64,000 bases of DNA from Macrostomum hystrix (GCA_950097015.1 CATNEN010000026.1:868001-932000); one strand, 5' to 3'; shown: positions 11,716 to 25,800, counted from the stretch's first letter. Notes: generated by a model from the sequence alone, not told the origin. Program-made: numbers and translations.

Positions 11716-12599
11716 TACTATTTTCGGCTTTGACAGCTCAAAGATAAGCTTTCACAACTGAGGTTTGTTCAGGCATTAGGGCTGTACAGTACAACTTGTT
11801 TCAGGGTCTGGGATGAGTTTTCTACCTGAGTAGGTCTCCAGCTATCGATTAGCATATGCACACGGCATCTTGACTAGAATGAATTCGATAGTCCGCAGGC
11901 TTACAGGTAGGGAAAATGTACTTTTATACAATAGATCTCCGTGTAGACACGGGGGGATTGCTTTTCCTGCTAGTTTAGAATCTGGTCGACACTTCAACAA
12001 TGAAGTCATTTCCGTGTCTGCAATTCTCTCAATGGATTGTGCTGGTTCAATTTTCAATTCACTTCCATGCTATAACAGCCATAGTTAGGCTTACTAAACA
12101 TGAACATAGAGTTCATTTTTCACCTCTCATTTCCGATTCTGGATTTAGCTCGTAGAAGTCTTTTTTTGTTACAGATGCGAAAACCGGTTCTTTGCTTTGG
12201 ACTTCTGACTGAGAAGAGGTCCTGAGTTCGATCACTAAACTGAAAAAACTTTCAAAAAAATCAAAAGTTTACAATAATCTCCCAGGATAAAGCTATGTGT
12301 AGAATACGCTCATAATGATAAATTTATTAATTCCTGTCTTACGAACTACACAGCAAAAGTTTGTTCTGCAGTGTGCTTTGTGCGTTATGAGTAAAGTATG
12401 AGTAAAGTACATTTGAGCCAGCTCAGCTTATACGAGTTGATGGGGACGAGCAATATATATGACGGGGATTATTTATAGATTGGTTCGAACAATATTTATG
12501 CTTTAATAGAGTTTGTTAAGGCAAAGCAGGTGTTTCACTTCTCGCAAAAACGAAACATTTTTTCCAAAACTAAAAACAACTCTAACACAGACTTCAGTA

Positions 12600-13345
12600 T
12601 CCCACCCAATAAAATCCTTATCTTACCTGATAGGATCCTTATCCCACCTGATAGAATCCTTATCCCACCTGATAGAATCCTTATCCCACCTGATAGAATC
12701 CTTATCTTACCTGATAGGATCCTTATCCCACCTGATAGAATCCTTATCCCACCTGATAGAATCCTTATCTTACCTGATAGAATCCTTATCTTACCTGATA
12801 GGATCCTTATCCCACCTGATAGAATCCTTATCCCACCTGATAGAATCCTTATCCCACCTGATAGAATCCTTATCCCACCTGATAGAATCCTTATCCCACC
12901 TGATAGAATCCTTATCTTACCTGATAGAATCCTTATCTTACCTGATAGGATCCTTATCCCACCTGATAGAATCCTTATCCCACCTGACAGAATCCTTATC
13001 CCACCTGACAGAATCCTTATCCCACCTGATAGAATCCTTATCCCACCCAATAGAATCCTTATCTTACCTGATAGAATCCTTATCCCACCTGATAGAATCC
13101 TTATCCCACCTGACAGAATCCTTATCCCACCTGACAGAATCCTTATCCCACCTGATAGAATCCTTATCCCACCTGACAGAACCCTTATCCCACCTGACAG
13201 AATCCTTATCCCACCTGACAAAATCCTTATCCCACCCAAAAGAATCCTTATCTTACCTGATAGAATCCTTATCCCACCTGATAGAATCCTTATCCCACCT
13301 GACAGAATCCTTATCCCACCTGACAGAATCCTTATCCCACTTAAT
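12600..13345. repeat. Minisatellite, 21-bp unit cctgatagaatccttatccca
   Basis: About 35 tandem copies. Confidence 0.95.
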
Positions 13346-13999
13346 AGATCATCCTTAATCACACAAAATTGAACCTTATCCCCACCCACTTTTTTTATTC
13401 GCTATTAATTTTAAGTCTTATCAAAATTAGGATCAGTGTAGGAAATTGTTGAACATCACAGGCACGTAGGCATATGGGATGGAGGAAATATATGAAAATA
13501 TAATAAAAACTAATTTTCTGTAAAGTTAAATACGTTTATATTCATTGAGTTTGCATAACTCGAGTAAAAAAAAACAGATTTTAGCTTTTATGCCACTTTT
13601 ATCAGTAAATGAAGAAAAAATATAGTTTTTGTGCAAGAATGGCGATGGAATTTTTTCGCTTTTTAACTATAGCTATCAAATAGGAAAATATACTGCTCTA
13701 TTTATGGTTAAACTCTGATAATAGCTCCTAATACCGCAGTTATAAAATAATTTTCTTGATTTTTTAAACTGACGAATCGTCGCGCATCAAGGTCAAGGCC
13801 GCCAAGGCCTGCTGTGATTGGCTGAGCCGCTGCCGACGCTGTGTACACTGCCTGGAGCCGTGTGAACACCGTTGCGTTGGCCCAGGCCTCTGTGATAGAT
13901 GACCCACTCGGTTTTGGCGCTACCATTCGAACCAGCGCCGACGGCTGCGACGATTCGAGAGCTAAAAAGATGTGGTTTAGCGCGTGTACTTTTATCAAT

Positions 14000-16900
14000 T
14001 TTTAGGTAAATTATCCTATCAGAGAGCTCGGCGTGAAACTATCGAACCTGTCAGTGGCGTCGGAGCCTTGCACAATGAGCAGTCCAGAGCAGGTCGCGAT
14101 GCCCGAATCATTCTCCGCTGTTACGCTGTAGCGACCAGCCTCCGCAGTGGAGACGCGGTGAATCAACAGTCGATGGACCTGGCCGCGCCGGCCCAGCTCG
14201 AATCGTCTGTCGCCGGCTCTGATTGGCTCGCCACGGAAGCTCCAGGTAATCTGTGTGGTATTTTTATTTCATTGGTTGTGTAATTATGGCCTAAGCTCTG
14301 GTTTATCTTATTCGCATACTGAGTTAATCTGATGGCAAGAAAAGTTCGAAAGTGCTTAATTTAGCCTAAATTTAGACCTTGAATCAGGCGAGCCCTGCGT
14401 GGCCTAAAAACTAAATTACTGTGAGCCTAACAATCGGGGCCAATTGATTTTGAATTGAACTCGTTGACCAGTTATTATTTTAGACAATGGCAGTGACCTT
14501 CAATAAGAAATACTCTCATCAATACTCCTAGTACCATCGATCTTAAATCACCCTTCCTCCTCGTGAGCAACAGAAACATGCAAGTCGACCTTGAATCATG
14601 CAAGCCCCGCGTGGCCTTGATCTTGACCTTGAATCACGCAAGCCCTGCGTGGCCTTGATCTTTACCTTGAATCAACGCAAAAAATACTCCTTCCACTTTC
14701 CAGTTGACCTTGGCTTTGAACCATGTGATCTATAAAGCATATAAAGTGCAAATGTCACCAACCTCAGGCTCAGGCCAGGCGCTGATCTCACATTCCAGTG
14801 CCACTCGATTGCCAGGTCGACAGAATTCGTCGCGAAACAGGCGAAGAAACTCCGGCGGCGACTGTCGCCTATTTTTTAGTCTGCGGCTTTCCTCATCGTC
14901 GTTGCCATTTGCGAAGGCGTAGCTCAGTCCGTTGTCGCCATCGATGCTGGCTCGACGGACTCCGGAGACAACCACCGGCTGCGACTGCTGCGGCTGCTTC
15001 GGCTGGCTACTACCGCTGGCCTCAGTAACGCTTACAGCGCAATGGCACTCGGTGGAACCGATGGAATTCCAGGCTTCGACCCGGTATTGTCCGGCGTGTT
15101 CGAGGGTCACAAACTGCATCACCAGCTTGTGCTCATCGCCAGACTCCGAGAGCTGTGAGTCGTCGTGTGAGTACAAAATTATCTATCTGTAAGTGTGTGA
15201 GTACTAATTGGGGTGGGTGCTGATGGGGTTGGTGCTAGTGGGTTGGGTGCTGATGGGGTGGGTGCTGATAGGGTGGGTGCTGATTGGGTGGGCGCTGATG
15301 GGGTGGGCGCTGATGGGGTGGGCGCTGATGGGGTGGTGGGCGCTGATGTGGTGGTGGGCGCTGATGGGGTGGGCGCTGATGGGGTGGGCGCTGATGGGGT
15401 GGGCGCTGATGGGGTGGTGGGCGCTGATGTGGTGGTGGGCGCTGATGGGGTGGGCGCTGATGGGGTGGGCGCTGATGGGGTGGGCGCTGATGGGGTGGTG
15501 GGCGCTGATAGGGTGGTGGGCGCTGATTGGGTGGTGGGCGCTGATGGGGTGGGCGCTGATGGGTTGGGTGCTGATGGGGTGGGTGCTAGTGGGTTGGGTG
15601 CTGATGGGGTGGGTGCTGATAGGGTGGGTGCTGATTGGGTGGGCGCTGATGGGGTGGGCGCTGATGGGGTGGGCGCTGATGGGGTGGTGGGCGCTGATGT
15701 GGTGGTGGGCGCTGATGGGGTGGGCGCTGATGGGGTGGGCGCTGATGGGGTGGGCGCTGATGGGGTGGTGGGCGCTGATAGGGTGGTGGGCGCTGATTGG
15801 GTGGTGGGCGCTGATGGGGTGGGCGCTGATGGGTTGGGTGCTGATGGGGTGGGTGCTAGTGGGTTGGGTGCTGATGGGGTGGGCGCTGATGGGGTGGGTA
15901 TTGATCGATCGATCGATAGAAGATAATCACAGGTGGGAATGCTATAAACAGTCTTCTAGGTTTCAATTAAAGTTACCAAAAAAAGCCGCAGACACTTCTA
16001 CTAAAGTCCACATACAGCTCGCAAAAACTGGAACCACTTAGCGGGCATGATGTTCTATTTGTTAGAGAGTTAAACATTTACTTTTTCCCATTTTTTACCT
16101 CGTAAGATATCTGAAATTTTTCCGATTTTGATTTCTAGATTGCTTGATGTTCGGAAACTATGTTAGTTTTTTTTCAATAGGTACTGCGGCTGTTGCTTAC
16201 CAAAACAAAGTCGCTGCTATGGAGACGCGCAGCGTCTTTGTGCCAGGCCACCTGCGGCCTGGGATAGCCGTGCACGGTGCAAATGAAGGTCACCTTATCG
16301 CCAACCTGCACGTCCAGCTGCTCGCTGAAGTTGCCGGAGAACCTCGGCGCGAAGGGCACCGGGGAGACGCCGGGAGGCGAAGCTCGCCTTGGAACCGGGT
16401 CTGCAATGAGGAGGCGGAATTCGGGAGTCAATGGGTGAATTCTGGAGAAAATGGGTGAATTCTGGAGTCAATGGGTGAATTTTGGAGAAAATGGGTGAAT
16501 TCTGGAGAAAATGGGTGAATTCTGGAGAAAATGGGTGAATTCTGAAGAAAAATTGGTGAATTCTGGAGAAAATGGGTGAATTCTATAATTGAGTAAATAT
16601 ACTCGTAGAATTAAAAATATAGCTGAGTAAACTGTAGTCCTTTGATCCCTAGAGTTTCCTAATTGACCCACCCGGCTTAGCAACCGCAATGTTATTATTC
16701 TCAGAAGCCTAGCAGTGCATTGTTTTTTTGCTAATTTGTTTTTTTCCAACGCGGAGTGGGGTGGATCGTTAGCGGTCGGGTTGAAAGCACTGCTCAGAGG
16801 CTGGACTGCTCAGGCGAGAGACCAGAATCATGTTAAATAATTAATGGCTAAATCCGCGCACACAGGTTTGGTGTGTTGCCGGGCCGGTCTGGGCCGCAGC

Positions 16901-19217
16901 CTGTAACTTCAGCTGCTAGCTGCGAAGTGGGCATTGCGACTGGCTTTGGGTCGAGGGTGGGCCGTAATTAACGAGGGAAGCCTTGCCATGGCAGCTTGGC
17001 CCTCCAGGTGAGGGCAGTAACTGAGGTTAGACAGGGTGAATGAGTGTGGTTTAATGAGTGTGGAAAATTGTGTGAATGAGTCTGGGAGAGTGGGTGAATG
17101 AGTATGGGAGTGTGCAGGTTAATGTGTGTGGAAAATTGTGTGAATGAGTATGGGAGAGTGGGTGAATGAGTGAGGGAGAGTGGGTGAATGAGTGTGGGAG
17201 AGTGGGTGAATGAGTCTGGGAGAGTGGGTTAATGATTGTGGGTGAAAAAGAGAGGAAGAGTGGGTGAAAAAGAGAGGAGTTAAAGAGTGTGGTCTGGGAG
17301 TTTTTAGGTGGGCTGAGCTCAAATCCCATGAACAGCTTTGGCTTACACACTTACTCAGCAAGAGAACACTTGGGTAGGAGTTCCGGCTGATCTATTGTGT
17401 ATTATTTGCCCCAGCACAAAATCAGATAATTCACAGGTTAGGGATGCATTTTCTGGCGATATATGAATGCCTAGAAGCATTTTTCCTCGCTACGAGACTC
17501 GTCTTCGGAAGCGGAAGAATTTTACCCACCTGCGTCAATGGAGACTCGGCAAAGTTAGGGTCCAAGGGACAGAACGATTGGGAAAACTGAAATCGATTAT
17601 TCACTGCTCAAACGGTCGCTTGCGCCTGCCTAACTACCGGCAAATCAATACTATCCATTGCCATTGCTTGATCTCATAAAAATAATCATTGTTTGTTGAA
17701 TCGATAAGTGCATAGGATTGGGGTTGGGGAAGATTTTAGCAGTCATTTGACTAACTTGTTGAACTGGATCGGCATAGTTAGATAGAACTGTAGCTATAGG
17801 CTGACAAGCAGTAAAATAAGACAGAGAAACAGAGAAGGGACAATAGGAGACATTTGGGATAGATACTTTTTAGGAACAGTTGAAACATGTGCCACTAAAA
17901 TATTCAGATATAAACATATTGAAAAACTTGTAGATAAATGTAGGTAAAACTGACTAATTCAGAATGATTAATTTGACAGGTGAAACTGACAGAGACAGGT
18001 AAAGCAGGTATGTAGAGACAGGTGAAACTAGCAGAAAAATGCAGGTGAAAGAGGTGAATAAAATAGGTGAAACAGGCAGATAGTGACAGGTGAAACAGGC
18101 AGATTTTGACGGGTTAAATAGGCAGATAGTGACAGGTGAAACAGGCATATAGTGACAGGTGAAACAGGCAGATAGTGACAGGTGAAACAGGCAGATTTTG
18201 ACGGGTGAAATAGGCATACAGTGACAGGTGAAACAGGCAGATTGTGACAGGTGAAACAGGCCGATTATGACAGGTGAAACAGGCAGATTGTGACAGGTGA
18301 AACAGGCAGATTGTGACAGGTGAAACAGGCAGATTGTGACAGGTGAAACAGGCCGATTATGACAGGTGAAACAGGCAGATTGTGACAGGTGAAACAGGCA
18401 GATTGTGACAGGTGAAACAGGCAGATTGTGACAGGTGAAACAGGCAAATAGTGACAGGTGAAACAGGCAAATAGTGACAGGTGAAACAGACAGATAGTGA
18501 CAGGTAAAACAGGCAGATTGTGACAGGTAAAACAGGCAGATTGTGACAGGTGAAACAGACATACAGTGACAGGTGAAACAGGTTTAAGGTGACAGGTAAA
18601 ACAGGCAGATTGTGACAGGTGAAACATGCAGATTGTGACAGGTAAAACAGGCATACAGTTACAGGTGAAACAGACATACAGTGACAGGTGAAACAGGTTT
18701 AAGGTGACAGGTAAAACAGGCAGACAGTGACAGGTGAAACAGGCATACAGTGACATGTGAAACAGGTTTAAGGTGACAGGTAAAACAGGCATACAGTGAC
18801 AGGTCAAACAGACATACAGTGACAGGTGAAACAGGTTTAAGGTGACAGGTAAAACAGGCATACAGTGACATGTGAAACAGGCATACAGTGACAGGTGAAA
18901 CAGGCACAAAGAACTCACATTCGCTAGCTACGCGCACGTGGCAGTTCGATTCGACTCGACCCTCGCAGTTCTCTGCCACCACTGAATAGACGCCGGCGTC
19001 GGCGCGTTGAACATTTGGCAGGTCCAGCCAGAATTCACCCCGCTCCGGATCCTCGCCGGTGCCTAATTTCATTCGCCGACTGTCCAGAGGCAGGCCGTTG
19101 AACATCCAGGTGACGCTGGGAGGCGGTCGGCCAGTAATGCGACAGCTGAGCCTCAGTCGGGCGCCCTCCGTCACGAGCTCCTCGTCCATCGGCGGTTTTG
19201 TAAATGTGGATTCTAAG
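14000..19217 (-). CDS. Ig I-set repeat protein (obscurin/UNC-89/titin/palladin-like); exons 19217-18919, 16400-16201, 15152-14763, 14250-~14000; both ends unresolved
   Basis: Three Ig I-set domains across phase-compatible exons: LSCRITGRPPPSVTW...DAGVYSVVAEN; FICTVHGYPRPQVAWHK...HAGQYRVEAWN; PPEFLRLFRD..LECEISAWPEPEITW...EAGRYSVTAEN. Confidence 0.8.
15205..15900. repeat. G-rich minisatellite, 15/18-bp unit gggtgggcgctgatg
   Basis: Tandem copies in an intron of the Ig gene. Confidence 0.95.
16430..16580. repeat. 20-bp tandem repeat aatgggtgaattctggagaa
   Basis: About 7 copies next to a splice acceptor. Confidence 0.85.
17035..17280. repeat. Degenerate G-rich tandem repeat (gagtgggtgaatgagtgtggga)
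   Basis: Tandem copies. Confidence 0.8.
17975..18905. repeat. Minisatellite, 23-bp unit gacaggtgaaacaggcagattgt
   Basis: Tandem copies running up to the donor of the first Ig exon. Confidence 0.93.
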
Positions 19218-19887
19218 ATTTTTGTTCTGCGTTGTTTGCTGCCCCCAATGAGAAGGCGCTTGTACTTATTTTATCCTGTCTGCTGTTTGAGTACATGACT
19301 TGGACCTTCTTTGGGTGTGGACTTACTCTCGCAGCCAATCCGCACATGGGATTTGGGAGAAATGAATGAAATGAGTGGGGATCTCTGCTCTCTCTCTTCA
19401 TTGCTCTCTTCCCCTCTTCCTATCTATTACCCTGTCATTAGTGCACCCATGGAACCCTGCCATTGTGCTTGTGCCCCGACTCTGACAGCTGAAAGTAAAT
19501 TATTTTATTCACGTTAGCTTTCTCTCCCCTCTCTCTCCTTGCCGATGTAACTGGGATTTTTGTTGTGAATAACAATCACAAAAATAACATAGCAAGTCAG
19601 TTATATTTTGCCTATATTTCTACTGTTAGTAGGCGCGAAGAGTTTAAGAAGTAAAACCAGTTTTTTTCTCTAAAAATATATAAATTTTAATATCCACTGG
19701 GAGGCTAAGGTTTTGGAGATTCTTTTAAATTCTGATCCAATGGTCGGTGGTTCGAGTCTTCATTCAAGGGATAAAATTTGTGTCTTTGAGTGAGACAAAT
19801 GAGCAATAAATTAGTTATAAAAATATATTTCATCTTATACATTGATTCGTACTATTAGTAGTTAAACTATTTACTTGATCTTCGATT

Positions 19888-20156
19888 GCGTCGGACTCAC
19901 GACTTGAAGGTCGGGGGTTCGATTCCCGACTGCACTGGAACAATTTGTGTCCTTTAGCAAGACACTTCCCTCAGCATTACTTCAGTTCACCCAGTTGTTA
20001 AATGGGTACCAGCATTAGCTGGGGTGGGTGTGGCGTCTCCCCAGTCCATGGACTGAACAGCTGTACGCAGCCTTCAGATGCGCCGCGCATTAGCTGCGGC
20101 TGTGCTGTCGGCTGCACATCTGACCCAATTGGGGCAGGTGTAAGCAATTATTATTA
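19888..20156 (+). mobile_element. tRNA-derived CORE-type SINE (family A), slightly 5'-truncated
   Basis: tRNA-like head with B box GGTTCGATTCC, MIR/CORE-like block tgtgtcctttagcaagacactt...cagttcacccagttgttaaatggg, (ATT)n tail, and a 13-bp TSD ttgatcttcgatt/ttgatcttcaatt. Confidence 0.8.
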
Positions 20157-20349
20157 TTGATCTTCAATTATTCATTTGCGAAAAATGGCATTCCTCTCAA
20201 ATAGTGCTGGCAAAACTATGGCCATGAGCGATTCAATGACAAATACCGTAGAAATGAAAAAACTAATCACGAGTGTCAGTCTAAGTGACTGAGTGGCGTG
20301 AGCGATTAACTTTGGAACAAATCATAACGCAGGAGGAATGACTGATTTT

Positions 20350-20690
20350 TAATGACCAAATAATGAATGACCAATTCCAAATGTCCAAAGGATAAATTAC
20401 TGTTAGTAATTACTATAGGATGAATGAGCGATTGTTAATGACCAAAGGGTGATTGACCAATTGTTAATGACCAAAGGGTGATTGACCAATTGTTAATGAC
20501 CAAAGGGTGATTGACCAATTGTTAATGACCAAATAATTAATGTCCAAATAGTGAATGACCAATTCCAAATGTCCAAAGGATAAATTACTGTTAGTAATTA
20601 CTATAGGATGAATGACCAATTTTTAATGACCAAAGAATGAATGACCGATTGTTAATGACCAAATGGTGATTGACCAATTGTTAATAACCA
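20350..20690. repeat. 29-bp tandem repeat with a duplicated flanking block
   Basis: ttaatgaccaaagggtgattgaccaattg tandem units; the block aatgaccaattccaaatgtccaaaggataaattactgttagtaattactataggatgaatga occurs twice. Confidence 0.8.
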
Positions 20691-21594
20691 GAGATAAATG
20701 GCCGTTTGAAATAAAAACAAAATGACATTTTGATTGACAAGATGAAAACCTTTGCTTATAGAGAAGTTATTTTTCGTTTTATAATTGCTAAAACATGCCA
20801 AACTTATAATTTTTGTATCTTTTATAGTTCTCCAGTATAACCAAGAATATAATAAAAGGGAAATTATTGTCAAGTCTCATACCATATGATTTCTGACTTG
20901 TTTATAGGCGAAAACTTTCTCGACGATGATGACGTAAGACACGAAATACAAGCGTATTTTGCAGTTTTTCCTATTTCTATAGCAGTGCCTCATTGGTAGG
21001 AGGTTGGGCAAAAGCATTGGGAAGATTGAACAGCTAGTGCTTTTGACCTGAGGGCTTGACCTAAAATGACCTTCGGGTCAAAAATCGTTTCTTTGGTCGC
21101 TAGTGGTTTCGCAAGGCTTTGCAATGACAATTCTAATGGAGATGTTTATATACTTTATTGACGGATGTGTGTTTATTTACATTTGTTGCAGTTAAACAAA
21201 ATATTATTGGTTTAAAATAATGAAGAATGCATCATGTACAATAGACACGATAAAGAATGAGAAAAAAGCGATAATGAAACAATTCTAAACTAAATTGAGC
21301 AGTGGCTTCAAATATAAGAGCTAATTAACATTTATGCTAATTTACAGCCAACAGAAACATAGGGTGCGAAAACAAATTAATTGACAAGCGGAGGCACAAT
21401 GCTGATTAGTCAGTTTCGGAGGCCGTGGCAGCGAGAGAACGAATGTTTTCTAATTTCTCCTAGTCTTTCTTCATCGAGAAAAAATGCAAGGCAGTCGTCA
21501 GTAAACTTGCGCTAGACTTGTTAGGCACTAAAAAAGTACATTTAGTTAGCTTTTCCTTGACTTTTGATACGGCGAAGCGACCAACTAGGAGACA

Positions 21595-22385
21595 AGGCAA
21601 CTTTCTAAGACTAGAGGCAACCTTCTTTGACTGGAGGCAACCCTCTCTGATTGGAGGCAACTTTCTAGGGTTGGAGGCAACTTTCTAGGGTCGGAGGCAA
21701 CTTTCTAGGGTCGGAGGCAACTTTCTAGGGTCGGTGGCAACCTTATCTGGTCGGAGGCAACTTTCTAGGGTCGGTGGCAACTTTATCTGGTCGGAGGCAA
21801 CTTTCTAGGGTCGGAGGCAACCTTATCTGGTCGGAGGCAACTTTCTAGGGTCGGTGGCAACTTTATCTGGTCGGAGGCAACTTTCTAGGGTCGGAGGCAA
21901 CCTTATCTGGTCGGAGGCAACTTTCTAGGGTCGGTGGCAACTTTATCTGGTCGGAGGCAACTTTCTAGGGTCGGAGGCAACCTTATTTGGTCGGAGGCAA
22001 CTTTCTAGGGTCGGTGGCAACTTTATCTGGTCGGAGGCAACTTTCTAGGGTCGGAGGCAACTTTCTAGGGTCGGTGGCAACCTTATCTGGTCGGAGGCAA
22101 CTTTCTAGGGTCGGAGGCAACTTTCTAGGGTCGGTGGCAACTTTATCTGGTCAGAGGCAACTTTCTAGGGTCGGTGGCAACTTTATCTGGTCGGAGTCAA
22201 CTTTCTAGGGTCGGGGGCAACTTTCTAGGGTCGGAGGCAACTTTCTAGGGTCGGAGGCAACCTGAGCTGGTCGGAGGCAACCTGAGCTGGTCGGAAGCAA
22301 CTCTATAGGGTTCGTGGCAACCTTATCGAGTCGGAGGCAACCTCCTAGCTTCGAAGGCAACTTTCAAGGGTCGGAGGCAAGCTTA
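21595..22385. repeat. Minisatellite, 20-bp unit ggaggcaactttctagggtc
   Basis: Tandem copies starting about 70 bp past the stop of the PDZ-DH-PH gene. Confidence 0.93.
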
Positions 22386-22453
22386 GAGAGATAAGACATC
22401 CTTTTCAGACTTGAAGACAGCCTTTCAACTTCCTAGGCAGCATTATCGGACAG

Positions 22454-22816
22454 TCAATAGCAGTCAGTCGGGCCCAGCTGCCAGCCGCTGATCTCGCCGA
22501 GCCTTCTGGTGATGCAGCCGCGCCACAGCATCTTGGCCTCGGAGCTGGGCGCCTCCAGCAGTAGCGTGCGGCCTCCGGCGAAGGACAAGCAGAGCAGCTT
22601 GGCATTATGAGCAAAGTCAAATTGAGCCGAGCAGCACTCAACCAGACGAAGCGGCTGCCCGAGAATCGCCGAGGCGGCCGCTGACATTGCTTGGAGGTCT
22701 TGGCCGCGACGCGGCGCTAGGATCAGCAGATCCGGCAGCAGCATGGCGTGCGCGGCGATGGAAGCCGGCAGCTGGCGAGAGTCGCGGCAGTGCCAGATGA
22801 GATCGCCTGAGAGAAT

Positions 22817-22868
<52 letters not shown>

Positions 22869-25800
22869 GCGCTGTTACTGTGCTGACTGTAACAGCAGAA
22901 AAGAGATTAAATAATAATAATAATAATTTGACGATAGAATCGGAGCTACGGATTTCTTGAACTCACCAGTAGGACTGTGCCCCGCAATGGCTGCACCATT
23001 GATGCTGCCGCTGCTGCTGACGCTGTTCCACCGTCGGATCAGCCGACGACACTCCAGACGATGAAGCCACCAAACTCCTGGCTGTTGGCGACATTGTGGC
23101 GTCGGCCTCTTCAACAGCGGCGGCATCTTTAAAGTCGCGCTCATTTTTGCCAGCAGGTCGATTGTAGTCTTTGTAGTCTTCCGCGTCGTCATCTTCGTCA
23201 TAGTCTTCGTTGTCGTCGTCGTAAAATTCTTCGGCAGTTAGCGCCGTCTGCTGCTGCTGCTGCTGCTGCTCAAGAGACACAGCGCAATGCTCTAGACTCT
23301 GCGCTACATCTTCCGCGAACATGTGGTCATAGTGCGACATCGGCGTCGCTTCCAGAAGGTCGTGAAAAATTTCCGCCAACCGGCGCAGATGCCTCAGCGG
23401 CTCCGTCAGGCAGCGGCGAAGCGGCTGCAGTGGCGCCGGGGCGGTCCGGCGGGCCAGGCGCAGCGCCGCCCGCGCCTCCGGACACGCGGCCAGGAGGGCT
23501 CGAAGCAGGCGCAGTGCCGTGGCGCTCAGATTCTCGGCGTAGTCGCGGTAGTCGTCGCACAGCTGGAACAGCCGGCCCCGGTAGATCTGGCCGGCGTTGT
23601 CAACGAAGCCGTGCAGGCTCTGCGAGTGCCGGATGAGGCTGAGAGAGGCGCAGCTCGACTCCAGCAGGTCCTCCAGGTTGAAGAACAGCGCCCGCTGCTC
23701 GTCGGCGGTCAGGAATTCGCTCAGTCGGCTGGCGTAGAACTGACGACAGGCGGCTACAGTCAGGGCGAAGGCCTCCTCGCTGGCTGCCAGACGGGACACG
23801 GCAGCCTGGCGGGCCGCCTCCAGCGCGGCTTCGCTCTTCGCCTCCTCGGCTTTGAAAGCTTCGGCGGCGACTTGAGCAACGCGAGACGAGCAAGATGGCA
23901 CTGGCGGATAAAAATGCCTCGGCGGCGGTGGCGGCGGTTGCTGCGGCTGCGGCGAAACCTGCGGCTGGTTTAACCGTCGGGACAACGAGAACGTGCTGAA
24001 TGGTTGCTGAAGCGGCTCCTGCTGCTGCTGTTGTTGCCAAGGACTCGCTAAGGCCTGACCGTTCGCTCTATCTATATCAGCCAGCCACCGTTGAACCTTA
24101 ATCACTAGTCGGCCATGGCTTTGCCTGTCCGGTCAGTGCGAGATGTTAAAAGTACATAGAAACGGAAATAAAACGAGCAGCTAAGATACTGTGAGACTGT
24201 TGTCGGAAAGTTTGAGTCACTGGGTTTGACAGACAGAACCGCGTTTTCATTGCTAATTTTCCATATAAGGTGAGTCATCGTCGAGTCCAATGGTAATAAT
24301 GCATTCATTTATCCTATTGTTGCTCACTCATTGAGTTGTAATTCTTTGTGTCACCTTAGACAGACTGCTCAGAAATCTACTCAAACTGGGGAGGGAGCTG
24401 CTCACAGACCTGAGTCAGCTAGCTAACTGCTTATCTGGTTTCCTAACACACACATTGCACACAGGGTGCAGTGCCACATGCAGTCCTTTGGGCAAACAGG
24501 CACCGGCTAGCCACCCCCTGGAGACAAGGCCCGCCCGCCACATTGGGCACTTTAGTAGACATTTTATGCACCTTTTCTACCAATTTTATACGCCATTTTT
24601 TACGAACAAATAAGTCTTGCCTGTCTCCTCTCTGCTCTGCTCTGGTTAGGCAGGACAGTTGCTGGGAGCCCGGAGCAGCTGCAAGTGCTCATGCGGCCAA
24701 CAACCCCAACAGAACGTGGAGAAAAAAGCTAAAGAAAAAATATAACAAGCACGGGACCAGGTATGCATGCGGAAGGCCCGCTTCTCTTCAGGTCTCCGAC
24801 AGGTCAGGGGTCGACGGCCTTAGCTGTTTCGCGACACTTCAAAAAAAGAGGGAGAGCTGGGAAGAGATCAGACAGGGGAAAGATGAGACGCGAGAGAGAT
24901 GAGACAGGAGAGAGATAAGACAGAGGAGAGATGAGACACGAGAGAGATGAGACACGAGAGAGATGCGACACGAGAGAGATGAGACACGAGAGAGATGAGA
25001 CACGAGAGAGATGAGACACGAGAGAGATAAGACAGGAGAGAGATGAGACGGGAGAGATGAGACATGAGAGAGATGAGACACGAGAGAGATGAGACACGAG
25101 AGAGATGAGACACGAGAGAGATAAGACAGAGGAGAGATGAGACACGAGTGAGATGAGACCTTGAGCTACAAGGAGGTTGCCGGCCCCCAGTCGTTCTTGT
25201 CATTCTTATACTCGCAGCCTACAAGACTAAATGCGCCAGTTTTGCAACTGTATTTTTAGTGAATGCTTCTTTCTGTCTCTCCCAGACCTGGCAAAGCCAC
25301 ACCCCATCTTCTCGCTCTTTTTCAGTCAGAAAAGATAAGTCTTCTTGGCTAGGACTGAATTAATATGAACTGCACCGCAGAAGGCATTCTCATTTGTATA
25401 AAATCTTTATGATTTTATTTCTTTTCTCTATTTTTCTTTTTTCGTTCTAGGTTTTCCGTGCAGGGTCAACTGGGGCCAGGTCGGTTTAACAAAAAAATAA
25501 ATTTGACCTAAGGAAGCCTTTTGTATAGCATTCACTGTGAGACGAAATTGCAGAGAAGTTAGAAGACAAAAGGCTTGATAAATTTTCGTAGAGAAAAGAC
25601 ATTCTTCTGAAGGACTTGTTACTTTTTTTTCCCAAACTCAAATCCTCCAGGAAGTTTCAAATTTCAAACCCGCTTCCCTCTAACCTCAAAATCCACTTCT
25701 CCCATGATCTCAAATCCGCTCCCTTCTGATCTCAAATCCGCTCCCTTCTGATCTCAAATCCGCTCCCTTCTGGTCTCAAATCCGCTCCCTTCTGATCTCA

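Noticed and set aside
16750-17680. Additional small exons of the Ig gene
   Set aside because: Candidate frames hit stops, and the flanking Ig exons already join in phase without them.
19888-19960. tRNA gene candidates (also ~44985, ~45120, ~12200, ~19740)
   Set aside because: These are tRNA-like SINE heads or fragments with no complete acceptor stem, continuing into SINE body sequence.
24471-24902. Plus-strand 143-aa ORF or alternative short terminal exon after the PDZ
   Set aside because: No domain signal and it runs into a minisatellite; it cannot be supported without transcripts.
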